This document shows positions 48,329 through 57,201 of a stretch of 64,000 nt of DNA, piece by piece. Source of the stretch: Alphaproteobacteria bacterium (lineage in GTDB: Bacteria; Pseudomonadota; Alphaproteobacteria; Rs-D84); the NCBI GenBank assembly GCA_017618175.1, contig JAFZUT010000011.1, forward strand, positions 36,656 to 100,655, given 5' to 3'. The notes under the pieces are model-generated. The model had not been told where the DNA came from. It searched no databases and was given only the letters and a program-made list of their open reading frames with translations. Both the position numbers and the translations under genes were made by a program. How positions within the stretch are numbered: position 1 is the stretch's first letter; the number at the start of each line of letters is the position of its first letter.

Positions 48329-48880
48329 ATGAAAATTGCAAAAATATTACCATTAACTTTGCCGATAATGTTTGGTGCATCCGCAAATGCGGTGCCGGCA
48401 AATCCGCGTGTTTTGGTTGCTTATTACTCATTGACCGGAAAAACAGAACGGGTTGCCAATGCAATCGCAGACGCATCTGGTGGGCAATTATATCAAATAA
48501 AGGTGGCCAAGGCCTATCCAGATGATACCAAGGCGCGCCGCGACATACTGGAACAAGAAATCGAGGAAAATTATTTGCCACCGTTACAGGCAACAAATAT
48601 CAACCCGGAAAATTACGATATTATATTCCTTGGGTCACCGGTGTGGGCAAATCATATATCACAACCAGTGAAAAGTTTTTTGGCAAAATATAATCTTGCG
48701 GGCAAACGCGTGATTCCTTTTGTCACGCACAGTGGTGGTGGCCGTGGGCAAAGTTTTGATGATGTTGCGGCATTGTGTGCCGGTTGTGTGGTTGATATGG
48801 ACGGATGGTCAAATTGGGGTTCCGGTACAGGCCGCAAATTAAACAAATGGGTCCAAGAACAAATTAAAAATATGGAATAA
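48329..48880 (+). CDS. flavodoxin-like protein with an N-terminal signal-like sequence
   Basis: MKIAKILPLTLPIMFGASANA, then VLVAYYSLTGKTERVA (flavodoxin phosphate-binding loop S/T-x-T-G-x-T) and DIIFLGSPVW. Confidence 0.65.
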   Translation: MKIAKILPLTLPIMFGASANAVPANPRVLVAYYSLTGKTERVANAIADASGGQLYQIKVAKAYPDDTKARRDILEQEIEENYLPPLQATNINPENYDIIFLGSPVWANHISQPVKSFLAKYNLAGKRVIPFVTHSGGGRGQSFDDVAALCAGCVVDMDGWSNWGSGTGRKLNKWVQEQIKNME

Positions 48881-49022
48881 AAAATGCCTATGTTGAAAAT
48901 CGGGCGTTTTGACATTATCACCTAATTGAACTGTGCCGCGTATTTTGCAATCTCATTTTTTAAACTGGGGTCTGCGGGCAGTTCTGCAATTTTCTGCAGA
49001 AATCCGCCGTATTTTACATAGG

Positions 49023-49057
49023 TGGCTCACCAAGGAAAATGACACACGAATTAACAG
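49023..49057 (-). pseudogene. decayed remnant of the tRNA-Asn 3' end plus a degenerate att core (outermost junction of the island array)
   Basis: TGGCTC-accaaggaaaa-TGACACACGAATTAACAG. TGGCTC matches the first 6 nt of the fragment at 62358. The core matches TGACATACGGATTAACAG at 16 of 18 positions. Confidence 0.45.
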
Positions 49058-49261
49058 TGGCCCCCAGAAAATCGCAAAAATTTTATACGCGCCTTCGCAA
49101 TACTGCGGAATCTGCGGGTTTAAGCGTGTGTAGCTGTGTATCCACTGTGTAGCAAAAAAAATTGCACTATGATGTGTTTGTATGGCTTTAAAAACACCCA
49201 AAACCACATACTAAAAATCATTATAAAGGTATTTTGGTTTTAAATGAGACGTATAAACATA

Positions 49262-49289
49262 TTGACTTTGCTTTATTTTGTTCTACACT
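49262..49289 (+). promoter_or_regulatory. sigma70-like promoter of the ProRS-like operon
   Basis: TTGACT (49262-49267), 16-nt spacer, TACACT (49284-49289). Confidence 0.4.
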
Positions 49290-49312
49290 AGTGTTAGACA
49301 AGAGGTTGATTG

Positions 49313-50509
49313 ATGCGGCTATCATCTGTGCCATATTCTCAAAATATAACTTTTAATAACTTGTCTTCGTCGCTTTCCTGCAATCAAATATTATCGGATA
49401 CCAAATTGGTTCAACAGAGCAACGCTGGGCATATCATTTATACACCAATTATTCAAAAAATTAAAAGAAACGTAGAAAACATAATATTATCACATGCCGA
49501 ATCATACGGATTCAATGAGATGCTGTTTCCTGTTTTAATGGATGCAAAATTATTAGATATATCAGGGAAAACGGATGAATATGCAAACGAATTTTATGAT
49601 ATATCTGATAAAAATGCAAATCTGGTGGTTTCGCCTACAACCGAAGAACGGCTTATAGATTTTGTTTCACGTAATGGAACTTTATCACACAAAAATTTAC
49701 CTATGCGTTTTTCACAGGTTTCGAATGTATATAGAAATTTAAAAAGACCAGAAGGATTATATAAATCACGTGAAATTTCTTGTGTGGTTTTGACGGCTGT
49801 TGATGCGGGGCGTCAACAGTATTTAGAAACAATGAAAGATTTCAGACTATTATGCGAAGAAACATTCGCCGATATTGGCATTCCTAATTTTTATATTCAA
49901 GATAAAATGTCCGGGGCAATAGAGTTTTTCTATGAAACAGAATTGGCTGACCGACCGTTGGATAAAAGTATCATAAATAATTTTGGCAACAAGAACATTT
50001 TTGATACCCAGAAACAGTATGGCAGTTTATCTATGGGGTATCCCTTTTATCAAAGTGAAAAGTTTAATTTATTTTATACCGACAAAGACGGAACACGAAA
50101 ACAGCCAATTGTAAGTACGTACGGTATCGGAACCCAACGTTGTATTTTGGTAATGTTTGAATATGCCAAGAACGGCAAACCAGATGCTTTTAAGCAAAAG
50201 GTCAGACCATTTGATGTTGATATCGTTGTGTTGGCTAAGGATAAATATAATTCACACATTCAAACACTGGCGGATAAATTGCGTCAGAATGGTGTTCAAT
50301 ATTGCATAGATGATCGTAACAACAGCATGCGAGACAAGATGCGTTTTTCTGAATTTTTTTCAGTTCCTTGTCGAATTATTATCGGTGACAAAGAGATTCA
50401 ACAAAACCAATATGCTATCAAGCCGTTGGGAGATAATGAAGTAATAACGGCAAATTTTGACAGTGCATTAAACATAGCTAAACAATTAACACAGGAGAAA
50501 GTACGATGA
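49313..50509 (+). CDS. divergent prolyl-tRNA-synthetase-like class IIa paralogue with an anticodon-binding domain
   Basis: IIYTPIIQKIKRNVENIILSHAESYGFNEMLFPVLMD...VVSPTTEERLIDFV...HKNLPMRFSQVSNVYRNLKRPEGLYKSREI parallels ProRS motifs 1 and 2, but YRNL replaces FRDE. Motif 3 is GIGTQRCILVMFE. The C-terminal HGTP-type domain is VDIVVLAKD...LRQNGVQYCIDDRNNSMRDKMRFSEFFSVPCRIIIGDKE. Confidence 0.6.
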   Translation: MRLSSVPYSQNITFNNLSSSLSCNQILSDTKLVQQSNAGHIIYTPIIQKIKRNVENIILSHAESYGFNEMLFPVLMDAKLLDISGKTDEYANEFYDISDKNANLVVSPTTEERLIDFVSRNGTLSHKNLPMRFSQVSNVYRNLKRPEGLYKSREISCVVLTAVDAGRQQYLETMKDFRLLCEETFADIGIPNFYIQDKMSGAIEFFYETELADRPLDKSIINNFGNKNIFDTQKQYGSLSMGYPFYQSEKFNLFYTDKDGTRKQPIVSTYGIGTQRCILVMFEYAKNGKPDAFKQKVRPFDVDIVVLAKDKYNSHIQTLADKLRQNGVQYCIDDRNNSMRDKMRFSEFFSVPCRIIIGDKEIQQNQYAIKPLGDNEVITANFDSALNIAKQLTQEKVR

Positions 50510-51510
50510 TAAAACCGGCATCTTCTTGGAAACAACCAGAACAACATTTAGAACAATTGCTAACAACACCATGGTATCGTGCTCTTAACAAAATATTTTC
50601 TCAAATTTTATTGTTAACGCACGATTTTTATAAAACAGAAAATATCACACCAACAATTTTCCCAATAACGACAGGTTCTGTTAGCAGCCCGTTTGGTTTG
50701 GGTAGTGATTCTTTGCCGGTTAAAATCAATATTAAAAATAATGATATGTTTTTGGCAGATTCTATGCAATTTTCGTTAGAAATAGCAACCCGTTTGAACG
50801 ACAAGGGGGCATATTATATTATGCCGTCTTTTCGTGGTGAAAATATGGATGCGCGTCATCTTAATGAATTCGTCCATTCCGAAGTGGAAATCAAGGGTGG
50901 TTTGGATGATGTTATGTCTTTGGCAGAACGCTATATTAAATATTTAATTCGTGGTTTGAAAGATACTTGTTCCAAAGAAATAATGGAAATTTGTGGCACA
51001 ACAGAACATCTGGATAAAGTGTTAAATAAACCTTTTTATAAAATAAGATTTGAAGACGCTATGTGTGAATTGGATAGTGTTTCCAATGCATTTAAAGAAT
51101 TGGATAAAGATTTATATGCGATAACATCTGTTGGGGAACGCGCTTTGATAGATAAATATGGCGATTTTACGTGGATTACGCATATGCCATATAAGTCAGT
51201 CCCGTTTTATCAAGCCAAAGAAACAGGTACAGATTTTTCAATGACAGGTGATTTGTTGGCTGGTATTGGCGAAACGTTGGGTTGCGGTCAGCGTGTATTA
51301 AGTTCACAGGATGCTATTAACTCGCTGGATGAACACAATGTTGATAAATCTGGCTATCAATGGTATATAGATATGCGTGACATCCAACAAATCCAAACAG
51401 CTGGATTCGGTATGGGTATAGAACGCTTTATTTTGTGGTTGCTAAAACACAATGACATCCGCGATTGCACACTTTTGTTGCGCGATCATAACAATGTCGT
51501 TTTTCCTTAA
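50506..51510 (+). CDS. AsnRS/AspRS-type class IIb catalytic-core protein without the OB anticodon-binding domain
   Basis: Motif 2 is SFRGENMDARHLNEFVHSEVE. Then comes YQWYIDMRDIQQIQTAGFGMGIERFILWLLKHNDIRDCTLLLRD, compared with YxWYLDLRRYGTxPHxGFGLGFERLV....NIRDVIPFPR in AsnRS. The protein starts directly at the motif-1 region. The ATGA start/stop overlap with the upstream gene implies translational coupling. Confidence 0.65.
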   Translation: MIKPASSWKQPEQHLEQLLTTPWYRALNKIFSQILLLTHDFYKTENITPTIFPITTGSVSSPFGLGSDSLPVKINIKNNDMFLADSMQFSLEIATRLNDKGAYYIMPSFRGENMDARHLNEFVHSEVEIKGGLDDVMSLAERYIKYLIRGLKDTCSKEIMEICGTTEHLDKVLNKPFYKIRFEDAMCELDSVSNAFKELDKDLYAITSVGERALIDKYGDFTWITHMPYKSVPFYQAKETGTDFSMTGDLLAGIGETLGCGQRVLSSQDAINSLDEHNVDKSGYQWYIDMRDIQQIQTAGFGMGIERFILWLLKHNDIRDCTLLLRDHNNVVFP

Positions 51511-52475
51511 TGTTTTATAACAGTTAAAGAACCATCTGATATATTAACCGTCCCGCCCAACGGTAAAACTGTCATTGGATAGGTATGTCCAAAATCCACA
51601 TTAGCAATAACAGGGATATTTTTTAATTCTGGATGAATATTAAATATAGAAACTATATCATCTTTTGATATCTCACTTTTGCTTTCTGTACGACCAATTA
51701 TCAATCCGCGAACATTCTTAAACCACGGTTGATGAATAGTAGATTGCAGAATTCTGTCTAAGATGTGTTTATTACCACCTTCTATTTCTAATGCCAAAAT
51801 TAAATTATTATCAGTTGGTATATATTGTGTGCCATATAATAATTGAAATGTTGTCATTTCACCGCCAATCAAAGCCCCAGTGGCAGAACCAGAATTTATA
51901 ACCCAAAATCCATCGTTTTTATTAAAATGTCTGTCTTCTTGATTCATAAACCATTCTGGATCGTCGCTCCATTCCTGACATGATTGAACGGAAAATTCTG
52001 AATCATCAAATAAAATTCGTCTTAAATAATCAAGAGTATAATCTGCGCCATATTTCATACCAAGGCTGGAAAAATGTGGCCCATAATATGAAACAATACC
52101 TGTTTTTGCCAATATCGCGTTTTGTAATGCCGCGATATCAGAATATCCGATTAACATTTTTGGATTTTGCTTTATCAGTTCATAATCTATTGAATCTAAT
52201 AATTGGTTTGAATTAAAACCGCCAATAACAGTAAAGATTGCTTTTACATTCTTATCAGTATACGCATCGTGCAAATCTTGTATTCTGGCATCAATTGGGG
52301 ACGAAACAAAAGAATCAATGATACCTAAATTTTTACCAAAAGATACTTTTAATTCCATTTGTTCAAGACGTTCTGTAGCAATTTTTCTAACATCTTCACC
52401 TATGATTTGGTATGAAAAAGCAGGAGCAATAATGCGCACTTCATCGCCTGCTTTTAATTTTCGTGGAAAAATCAT
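51507..52475 (-). CDS. S66-family serine peptidase (LD-carboxypeptidase / microcin C7 immunity MccF family)
   Basis: LKAGDEVRIIAPAF near the N-terminus, nucleophile motif IGYSDIAAL, and C-terminal NVDFGHTYPMTVLPLG (catalytic His). I cannot tell LdcA from MccF by eye. Confidence 0.7.
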   Translation of the reverse strand: MIFPRKLKAGDEVRIIAPAFSYQIIGEDVRKIATERLEQMELKVSFGKNLGIIDSFVSSPIDARIQDLHDAYTDKNVKAIFTVIGGFNSNQLLDSIDYELIKQNPKMLIGYSDIAALQNAILAKTGIVSYYGPHFSSLGMKYGADYTLDYLRRILFDDSEFSVQSCQEWSDDPEWFMNQEDRHFNKNDGFWVINSGSATGALIGGEMTTFQLLYGTQYIPTDNNLILALEIEGGNKHILDRILQSTIHQPWFKNVRGLIIGRTESKSEISKDDIVSIFNIHPELKNIPVIANVDFGHTYPMTVLPLGGTVNISDGSLTVIKH

Positions 52476-52489
52476 TCTCGTCTCCTTGT

Positions 52490-53314
52490 TTAATTGTTTG
52501 TTCCAAATACAAAGATATTATTGCCACGTGCCGCAATATCGCCATTTTTGATATGTTGTTTTTCCATATCAAAAATTTGTTTAAATATTTTTTTATTTTC
52601 CAGTATGTCAGCAATTTCGCCCGTTTGTCCACGTAATTGTGTTTCTTGGTAACCCGGATAAATCAAATTTGGAAACCCTGAACAAAAATCTACTTTGATA
52701 TTATGCTTTTCCATTATGTTTTTAATACTGTCTGGTGAAAACATATTGATATAAGGCATTTGGTCTGTAAAACGTCCAGAACCAGATAAACATTTGTTTG
52801 CTTCGTCTACGTTGCCCAGTTTCGTATTAAAGAACGCAGCATGATACATATTTGGAGCCAGTGTGCAAATTATGCCACCTTTTTTAGTTATAGATTTTAA
52901 TTGGTCAAAGAAATTATCAATATCTGGTCCAACAAAACCGATAACATTGTGAAAATTGAACACGAAATCAAATTGTTGTTTTATATCTGATAAATCATTC
53001 AGATCTTGTAATATAAAGTTCCATCTGTCTTTATATGGTGCGGATTTTTGTTTTGCGACATCTAGCATTTCTTTGGAAAAGTCTATGGTAACACCAGAGC
53101 ATTCAGGAAATTCTTGTAATAATTTTTGTGACCATCGACCAGTTCCGCCACCCGCATCACAAAATCTAAAATTTTTCGGTAATTTTGGAATGATATATGT
53201 TTTTATAGAGTCCCATAACAAAGCATCAGATAAACGCCAGTAACTTTGATTTTCTACAAGATCATATTCAGAGGCTTTGTCGGCAAAATATTTTAATACG
53301 GATTCTTTGTACAT
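52490..53314 (-). CDS. class I SAM-dependent methyltransferase
   Basis: Motif I FCDAGGGTGRW, acidic post-I residue in VTIDFS, and motif II-like FDFVFNFHNVIGFV. Confidence 0.75.
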   Translation of the reverse strand: MYKESVLKYFADKASEYDLVENQSYWRLSDALLWDSIKTYIIPKLPKNFRFCDAGGGTGRWSQKLLQEFPECSGVTIDFSKEMLDVAKQKSAPYKDRWNFILQDLNDLSDIKQQFDFVFNFHNVIGFVGPDIDNFFDQLKSITKKGGIICTLAPNMYHAAFFNTKLGNVDEANKCLSGSGRFTDQMPYINMFSPDSIKNIMEKHNIKVDFCSGFPNLIYPGYQETQLRGQTGEIADILENKKIFKQIFDMEKQHIKNGDIAARGNNIFVFGTNN

Positions 53315-53330
53315 GCTTCACCCCTTTTGC

Positions 53331-54608
53331 TTATTTGCATTTGGTTTTTGTTACAAGTTGAATTAAATCAGAAACGCTCATTTGTTGAGTATTTCCTGTG
53401 GCACGGTCTTTTATTTCCAAATTACCGGTATTGAAAAAGTTTTTCCCGGCAATTATTTTATTTGGGATACCAATCAAATCGCTTTCTGCAAATTTATTTC
53501 CACCACGAACATTTTGCCGATCATCATACAGCAAATCAAAATTCGCGTTTTGTAATTGATGATATAAATTTTCAACCTGTGCCATTTCGGCATCTTTAAT
53601 CGCTAAAGAAATTAAATGCCATTCAAACGGGGCTATTTTTTCCGGCCACACCAAACCTTTATCGTCACTTAGACATTCTGCAACAGTTCCCATAACGCGA
53701 CTTGGGCCAATACCATAACACCCCATAATAACAGGTTTTGTTTGACCGTCTTTATCAACAAAATTGGCATTAAATGGTCCTGTAAAACGTGTGCCCAGTT
53801 TAAATATATTTCCTACTTCTACGGCGCGTCTTTGTTCAAAAGAATTTTCCATACCATCTGTGTAATTTGGAACAATGTCTCTTAAAGCCGCCTTGTCATC
53901 AATGATTTCGCGATTGATGGCTATTTTCGTTCCTGGTAAAATAAAGATTGTATCTTCACCGGCATCAGTCAATGTTTGAAATTCATGTGAATATTTTGCA
54001 AAAGCACCACCACTGGCATATGTAAAATATGTTTTATCGCCAATGCCGCAATTGGTATAAAACTTCATATACATTTCTGCCACCTTATCATAGTAAGAAT
54101 CTAAATCTTCTTGTGATGCGTGAAACGAATATAAGTCATTCATTCTAAATTCTTTACAACGAAACAACCCAGATTTAGAACGTGGTTCGTCCCTGAATTT
54201 ATTTTGAATTTGAAATACAGACATTGGTAAATCTTTATAAGAAGAAATAAAATTTGTCACAAATGGCGTAACAACTTCTTCGTTCGTTGGGCTTAAAGCA
54301 TAATCTTTATCGCCATGACCTTTTATTTTATATAAAACATCTATTTTATCCCAGCGTCCTGTTTTGTGCCATACATCTGCAGGTTGCAAAACAGGCATAA
54401 TAACTTCTTGACCATTTACTGTCATCATATACTGACGGATTAAATTTTCAATTTTGTTTAATGTTCTATAGCCCAACGGCATATACGAATAAATTCCGCC
54501 CATCAATTTATGAATAAAGCCCGCGCGTGTAAGCAGCTGGGCATTTTTAGACATTTCTTGGTTGTTAAATTCTTTTTGGGTTTTATAAAATAAACTACTT
54601 TGACGCAT
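53331..54608 (-). CDS. proS: proline--tRNA ligase, short bacterial form without the INS editing domain
   Basis: AGFIHKLMGGIYSYMPLGYRTLNKIENLIR...ALSPTNEEVVT...YKDLPMSVFQIQNKFRDEPRSKSGLFRCKEFRMNDLYSF (motif 2), GCYGIGPSRVMG (motif 3), and a C-terminal HGTP anticodon-binding domain. 425 aa. Confidence 0.85.
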   Translation of the reverse strand: MRQSSLFYKTQKEFNNQEMSKNAQLLTRAGFIHKLMGGIYSYMPLGYRTLNKIENLIRQYMMTVNGQEVIMPVLQPADVWHKTGRWDKIDVLYKIKGHGDKDYALSPTNEEVVTPFVTNFISSYKDLPMSVFQIQNKFRDEPRSKSGLFRCKEFRMNDLYSFHASQEDLDSYYDKVAEMYMKFYTNCGIGDKTYFTYASGGAFAKYSHEFQTLTDAGEDTIFILPGTKIAINREIIDDKAALRDIVPNYTDGMENSFEQRRAVEVGNIFKLGTRFTGPFNANFVDKDGQTKPVIMGCYGIGPSRVMGTVAECLSDDKGLVWPEKIAPFEWHLISLAIKDAEMAQVENLYHQLQNANFDLLYDDRQNVRGGNKFAESDLIGIPNKIIAGKNFFNTGNLEIKDRATGNTQQMSVSDLIQLVTKTKCK

Positions 54609-54828
54609 AGTATAGGCCTTTTTGTATGTTCTTTTAGTACCTACCTCTCTTTTGATTAGAGTAGCATGGCAAAGAAAAAAAGCAAGTTTTTTAAAAATGG
54701 TTTTACTGTGTAGCTAATATGTAGATTTTTTGCTTTTGGTGGTAATTAGCCACAAAAACACAAAAAAATTAGCAGACACACGGACTAAGGTTCGGTTTTC
54801 TTCGGTTTTTAAGAGGTTGTTTGTTGTG

Positions 54829-54850
54829 ACATACGGACTAGTCCGTATGT
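54829..54850. repeat. perfect 22-nt palindrome built from half of the att core
   Basis: ACATACGGACT|AGTCCGTATGT. With the preceding TG it shares TGACATACGGA with the 18-nt core TGACATACGGATTAACAG. Confidence 0.9.
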
Positions 54851-54964
54851 TTTGATATGTTTTTTGTAAAAATGGACATTTTTTGACTTTTGCAAACAGT
54901 TAATATTTAAACGAAATTCCGCAGAAATCCGCAATATTCAGCGTATGTAATTTGTCTATAAAAC

Positions 54965-54982
54965 TGACATACGGATTAACAG
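54965..54982. repeat. 18-nt att-core direct repeat (copy 2 of 3)
   Basis: TGACATACGGATTAACAG, identical to 62385-62402. It is the reverse complement of the tRNA-Asn anticodon-loop/variable region CTGTTAATCCGTATGTCA. Confidence 0.9.
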
Positions 54983-55260
54983 CTGCCCCTCAATGAATAT
55001 TTATTTTAATGTGCTTGAGTGTAAACCTAACGCCTTGTGTGCCACAGATGCCGTGGTGTTGAGGGATTTGGTTTTGTTTGGATTTGACTTAAAATGACAC
55101 AAAAATTTGTTCTAAAATTGTCCCAAAATATAACCTCTGTGTAGACCTTTTTTAAGATAGCAAAAAAGCCTTACAAAGCCCGATTTGACTGGATGTGACT
55201 GTATAAAGATAGTGTAGATTTGTATTTAAAAATTCACTTTATTTGTTAACAGAAATTCTA

Positions 55261-55289
55261 TTGCAAAAAACATAATTTTTTATTATGTT
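55261..55289 (+). promoter_or_regulatory. sigma70-like promoter
   Basis: TTGCAA (55261-55266), 17-nt spacer, TATGTT (55284-55289). Confidence 0.4.
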
Positions 55290-55324
55290 AAATTTGAAAA
55301 AATAATCTAAAGAGGTATATGATA

Positions 55325-55753
55325 ATGACGTGGTCTGATTTCTTTTCGTCTCAATTATTTGGGATTATTCTTGGGGCATTATTGACATCCGGTTTTACAT
55401 GGTTTGTAGACTTTTTAAAAAGCAAACGAGATAGGGGACTTTATATAAAACAAAAACGAGAAGAATTATATATCAATGTGTGCCAGGTTTTAATGGAACA
55501 TGAAAAGTATCGTCGTTCCCATGAATGGCCAAAGAAATGTAAAACAATGTTTAATGCATTGCAGGGGCAAATGTTGATATATGCATCTAAGAAGATTTAC
55601 GGTGCATACTATGCTTTGGATACAGAAATATGTAATTGTTACGATACAATGCGTAGTCAAAAGCAGATAGAAGCAAAATCAAATGAAATAGCAGATAAGA
55701 TAGTAAAACTAGCAACTAAAATGCGTAAAGAGTTGGGGATAAAGGGGGGGTGA
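55325..55753 (+). CDS. hypothetical single-pass membrane protein
   Basis: The second ATG is chosen for its spacing from AGAGG. TM helix LFGIILGALLTSGFTWFV, then a helical K/E-rich domain. Confidence 0.5.
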   Translation: MTWSDFFSSQLFGIILGALLTSGFTWFVDFLKSKRDRGLYIKQKREELYINVCQVLMEHEKYRRSHEWPKKCKTMFNALQGQMLIYASKKIYGAYYALDTEICNCYDTMRSQKQIEAKSNEIADKIVKLATKMRKELGIKGG

Positions 55754-55965
55754 TGTTGTGTTTCTGTGAATCGTGTATGTTTTCTCAAAAAATATATACT
55801 AATTTCAGCACGAAAATCACATCTAAAATCTAACCTGAAATCAAGATTGATAATTTAGTTAATAACAATACTGATTTCTAGAAAAAATAAAATTTCTGTT
55901 TTTGTACGGGTGTGTCAGAGGAAAAAACAATTTTTAATATTTTCTGTTAAAAACGAAAAAGACTA

Positions 55966-55993
55966 TTGAAAAATATGGTTTTTTTGTTATATT
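55966..55993 (+). promoter_or_regulatory. sigma70-like promoter of the three-gene operon
   Basis: TTGAAA (55966-55971), 16-nt spacer, TATATT (55988-55993). Confidence 0.4.
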
Positions 55994-56018
55994 TCATATT
56001 GAAAAAGGATATTTGATA

Positions 56019-56633
56019 ATGAGAAATTGGTGGTATTCATTTGTTGAACATTTTAGAACTTGTTCCTCATGGTTTGGGGCGATAGTTTCTTGGTTGGCTA
56101 TTTTTTTCGTTTTTATTACAGCGATGGTTGTTTTTGCTAAGCCGTATGTATCTCGGATTTATGCAGATACTTATATAGTGGCAGATACAGATATAAATTT
56201 AGTTACAGAAAAAGATAGAAAATCGATAAATAATTTAATAATGAAAAACAAAATTGTGCCGGTTTCGATTGTATATGAAGATACACTTAGGTATTATGAG
56301 GAAATAATAGCAATTTTAATAGCTTTATTAGGTGTGTTTGCGGTTGTTTCTTGGTTTTTTATGGGTGGACGTATGCGAGAGGGCTTGCACAAAGAAATTC
56401 AATCAAAATGGTTTGATATTTGTTTAAATGACAAGATGTCCAAATTATTAAAGTCTGATATGGGGGATTATTTAGCTGAACAATTTGATGATGAAAAAAT
56501 TCGAAGTATAGCACGTGAAGAATTTGAAGGTATGACTAATAAGCTTTCCGATGATTTACAAGAAAAGAATAATGCTGTGCTGCATCTTAAACGAAATTTG
56601 CGGGTAAGATCAAAAAAAGTGGGAGGTAAATAA
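56019..56633 (+). CDS. hypothetical two-pass membrane protein (first gene of the ImmA/beta-protein operon)
   Basis: ATG 56019 lies 9 nt after AAGGA. TM helices FGAIVSWLAIFFVFITAMVVF and IIAILIALLGVFAVVSWFF. Its stop overlaps the next start (TAATG). Confidence 0.5.
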   Translation: MRNWWYSFVEHFRTCSSWFGAIVSWLAIFFVFITAMVVFAKPYVSRIYADTYIVADTDINLVTEKDRKSINNLIMKNKIVPVSIVYEDTLRYYEEIIAILIALLGVFAVVSWFFMGGRMREGLHKEIQSKWFDICLNDKMSKLLKSDMGDYLAEQFDDEKIRSIAREEFEGMTNKLSDDLQEKNNAVLHLKRNLRVRSKKVGGK

Positions 56634-57199
56634 TGGCTACAGATTTGTCTAATTGGTCAAATTTTATCTCAAATAAAGATATTGAAACTTATGCAAAAAA
56701 ACAGAAAAAGAACAACGTATCTAAGACGTTAAGTGCTCAAGATGTCTGGACCGCTGCGTTAGAAGCAAAAAAAACAGAACCGTTAGATATAGAATGGGTT
56801 GCAGAAAAATTATTTGGCTTAAATGTTGTGAAAAGGGATTTAGGAGAAGCTTCAGGTTTTTTAAATGTGTTGGATGATCAGTGGTGTATTTTTGTTAATA
56901 AATTTGAAAACGAACGGAGACAACGTTTCACTATTGCTCATGAACTAGGACATTTCGTATTGCATAAAGACAAGAGCATAACCTCAAAAGATATTATATT
57001 TTTTAGAGATGAGAATACCAATATTGAAGAACAAGAAGCAAATAATTTTGCTTCAGAGTTATTGATGCCTGAAAGAAAGATTCGTGAATATATAAAAGAG
57101 GGATATAATACAATATCTTTGTTGGCAGATAAGTTTTGTTTGTCGACACCTGCAGTGCGTTATAGACTTTACAAACTTGGTTTAATATCGGAGTATTGA
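56633..57199 (+). CDS. ImmA/IrrE-family (M78, DUF955) zinc metallopeptidase
   Basis: FTIAHELGHFVLH (HExxH) followed by EEQEANNFASELLMPERKI, the family's second signature. Confidence 0.8.
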   Translation: MATDLSNWSNFISNKDIETYAKKQKKNNVSKTLSAQDVWTAALEAKKTEPLDIEWVAEKLFGLNVVKRDLGEASGFLNVLDDQWCIFVNKFENERRQRFTIAHELGHFVLHKDKSITSKDIIFFRDENTNIEEQEANNFASELLMPERKIREYIKEGYNTISLLADKFCLSTPAVRYRLYKLGLISEY

Positions 57200-57201
57200 T
57201 T

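Larger units (their letters stand above)
49058..54964. mobile_element. island segment 1 (no integrase; aaRS-paralogue / MccF-like cluster)
   Basis: Bounded by att-core copies at 49040-49057 and 54965-54982. It is visibly more AT-rich than the flanking housekeeping DNA. The sequences upstream of the two cores are related (GCAGAAATCCGCC.. and GCAGAAATCCGCA.., each about 30 nt before the core). Confidence 0.5.
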
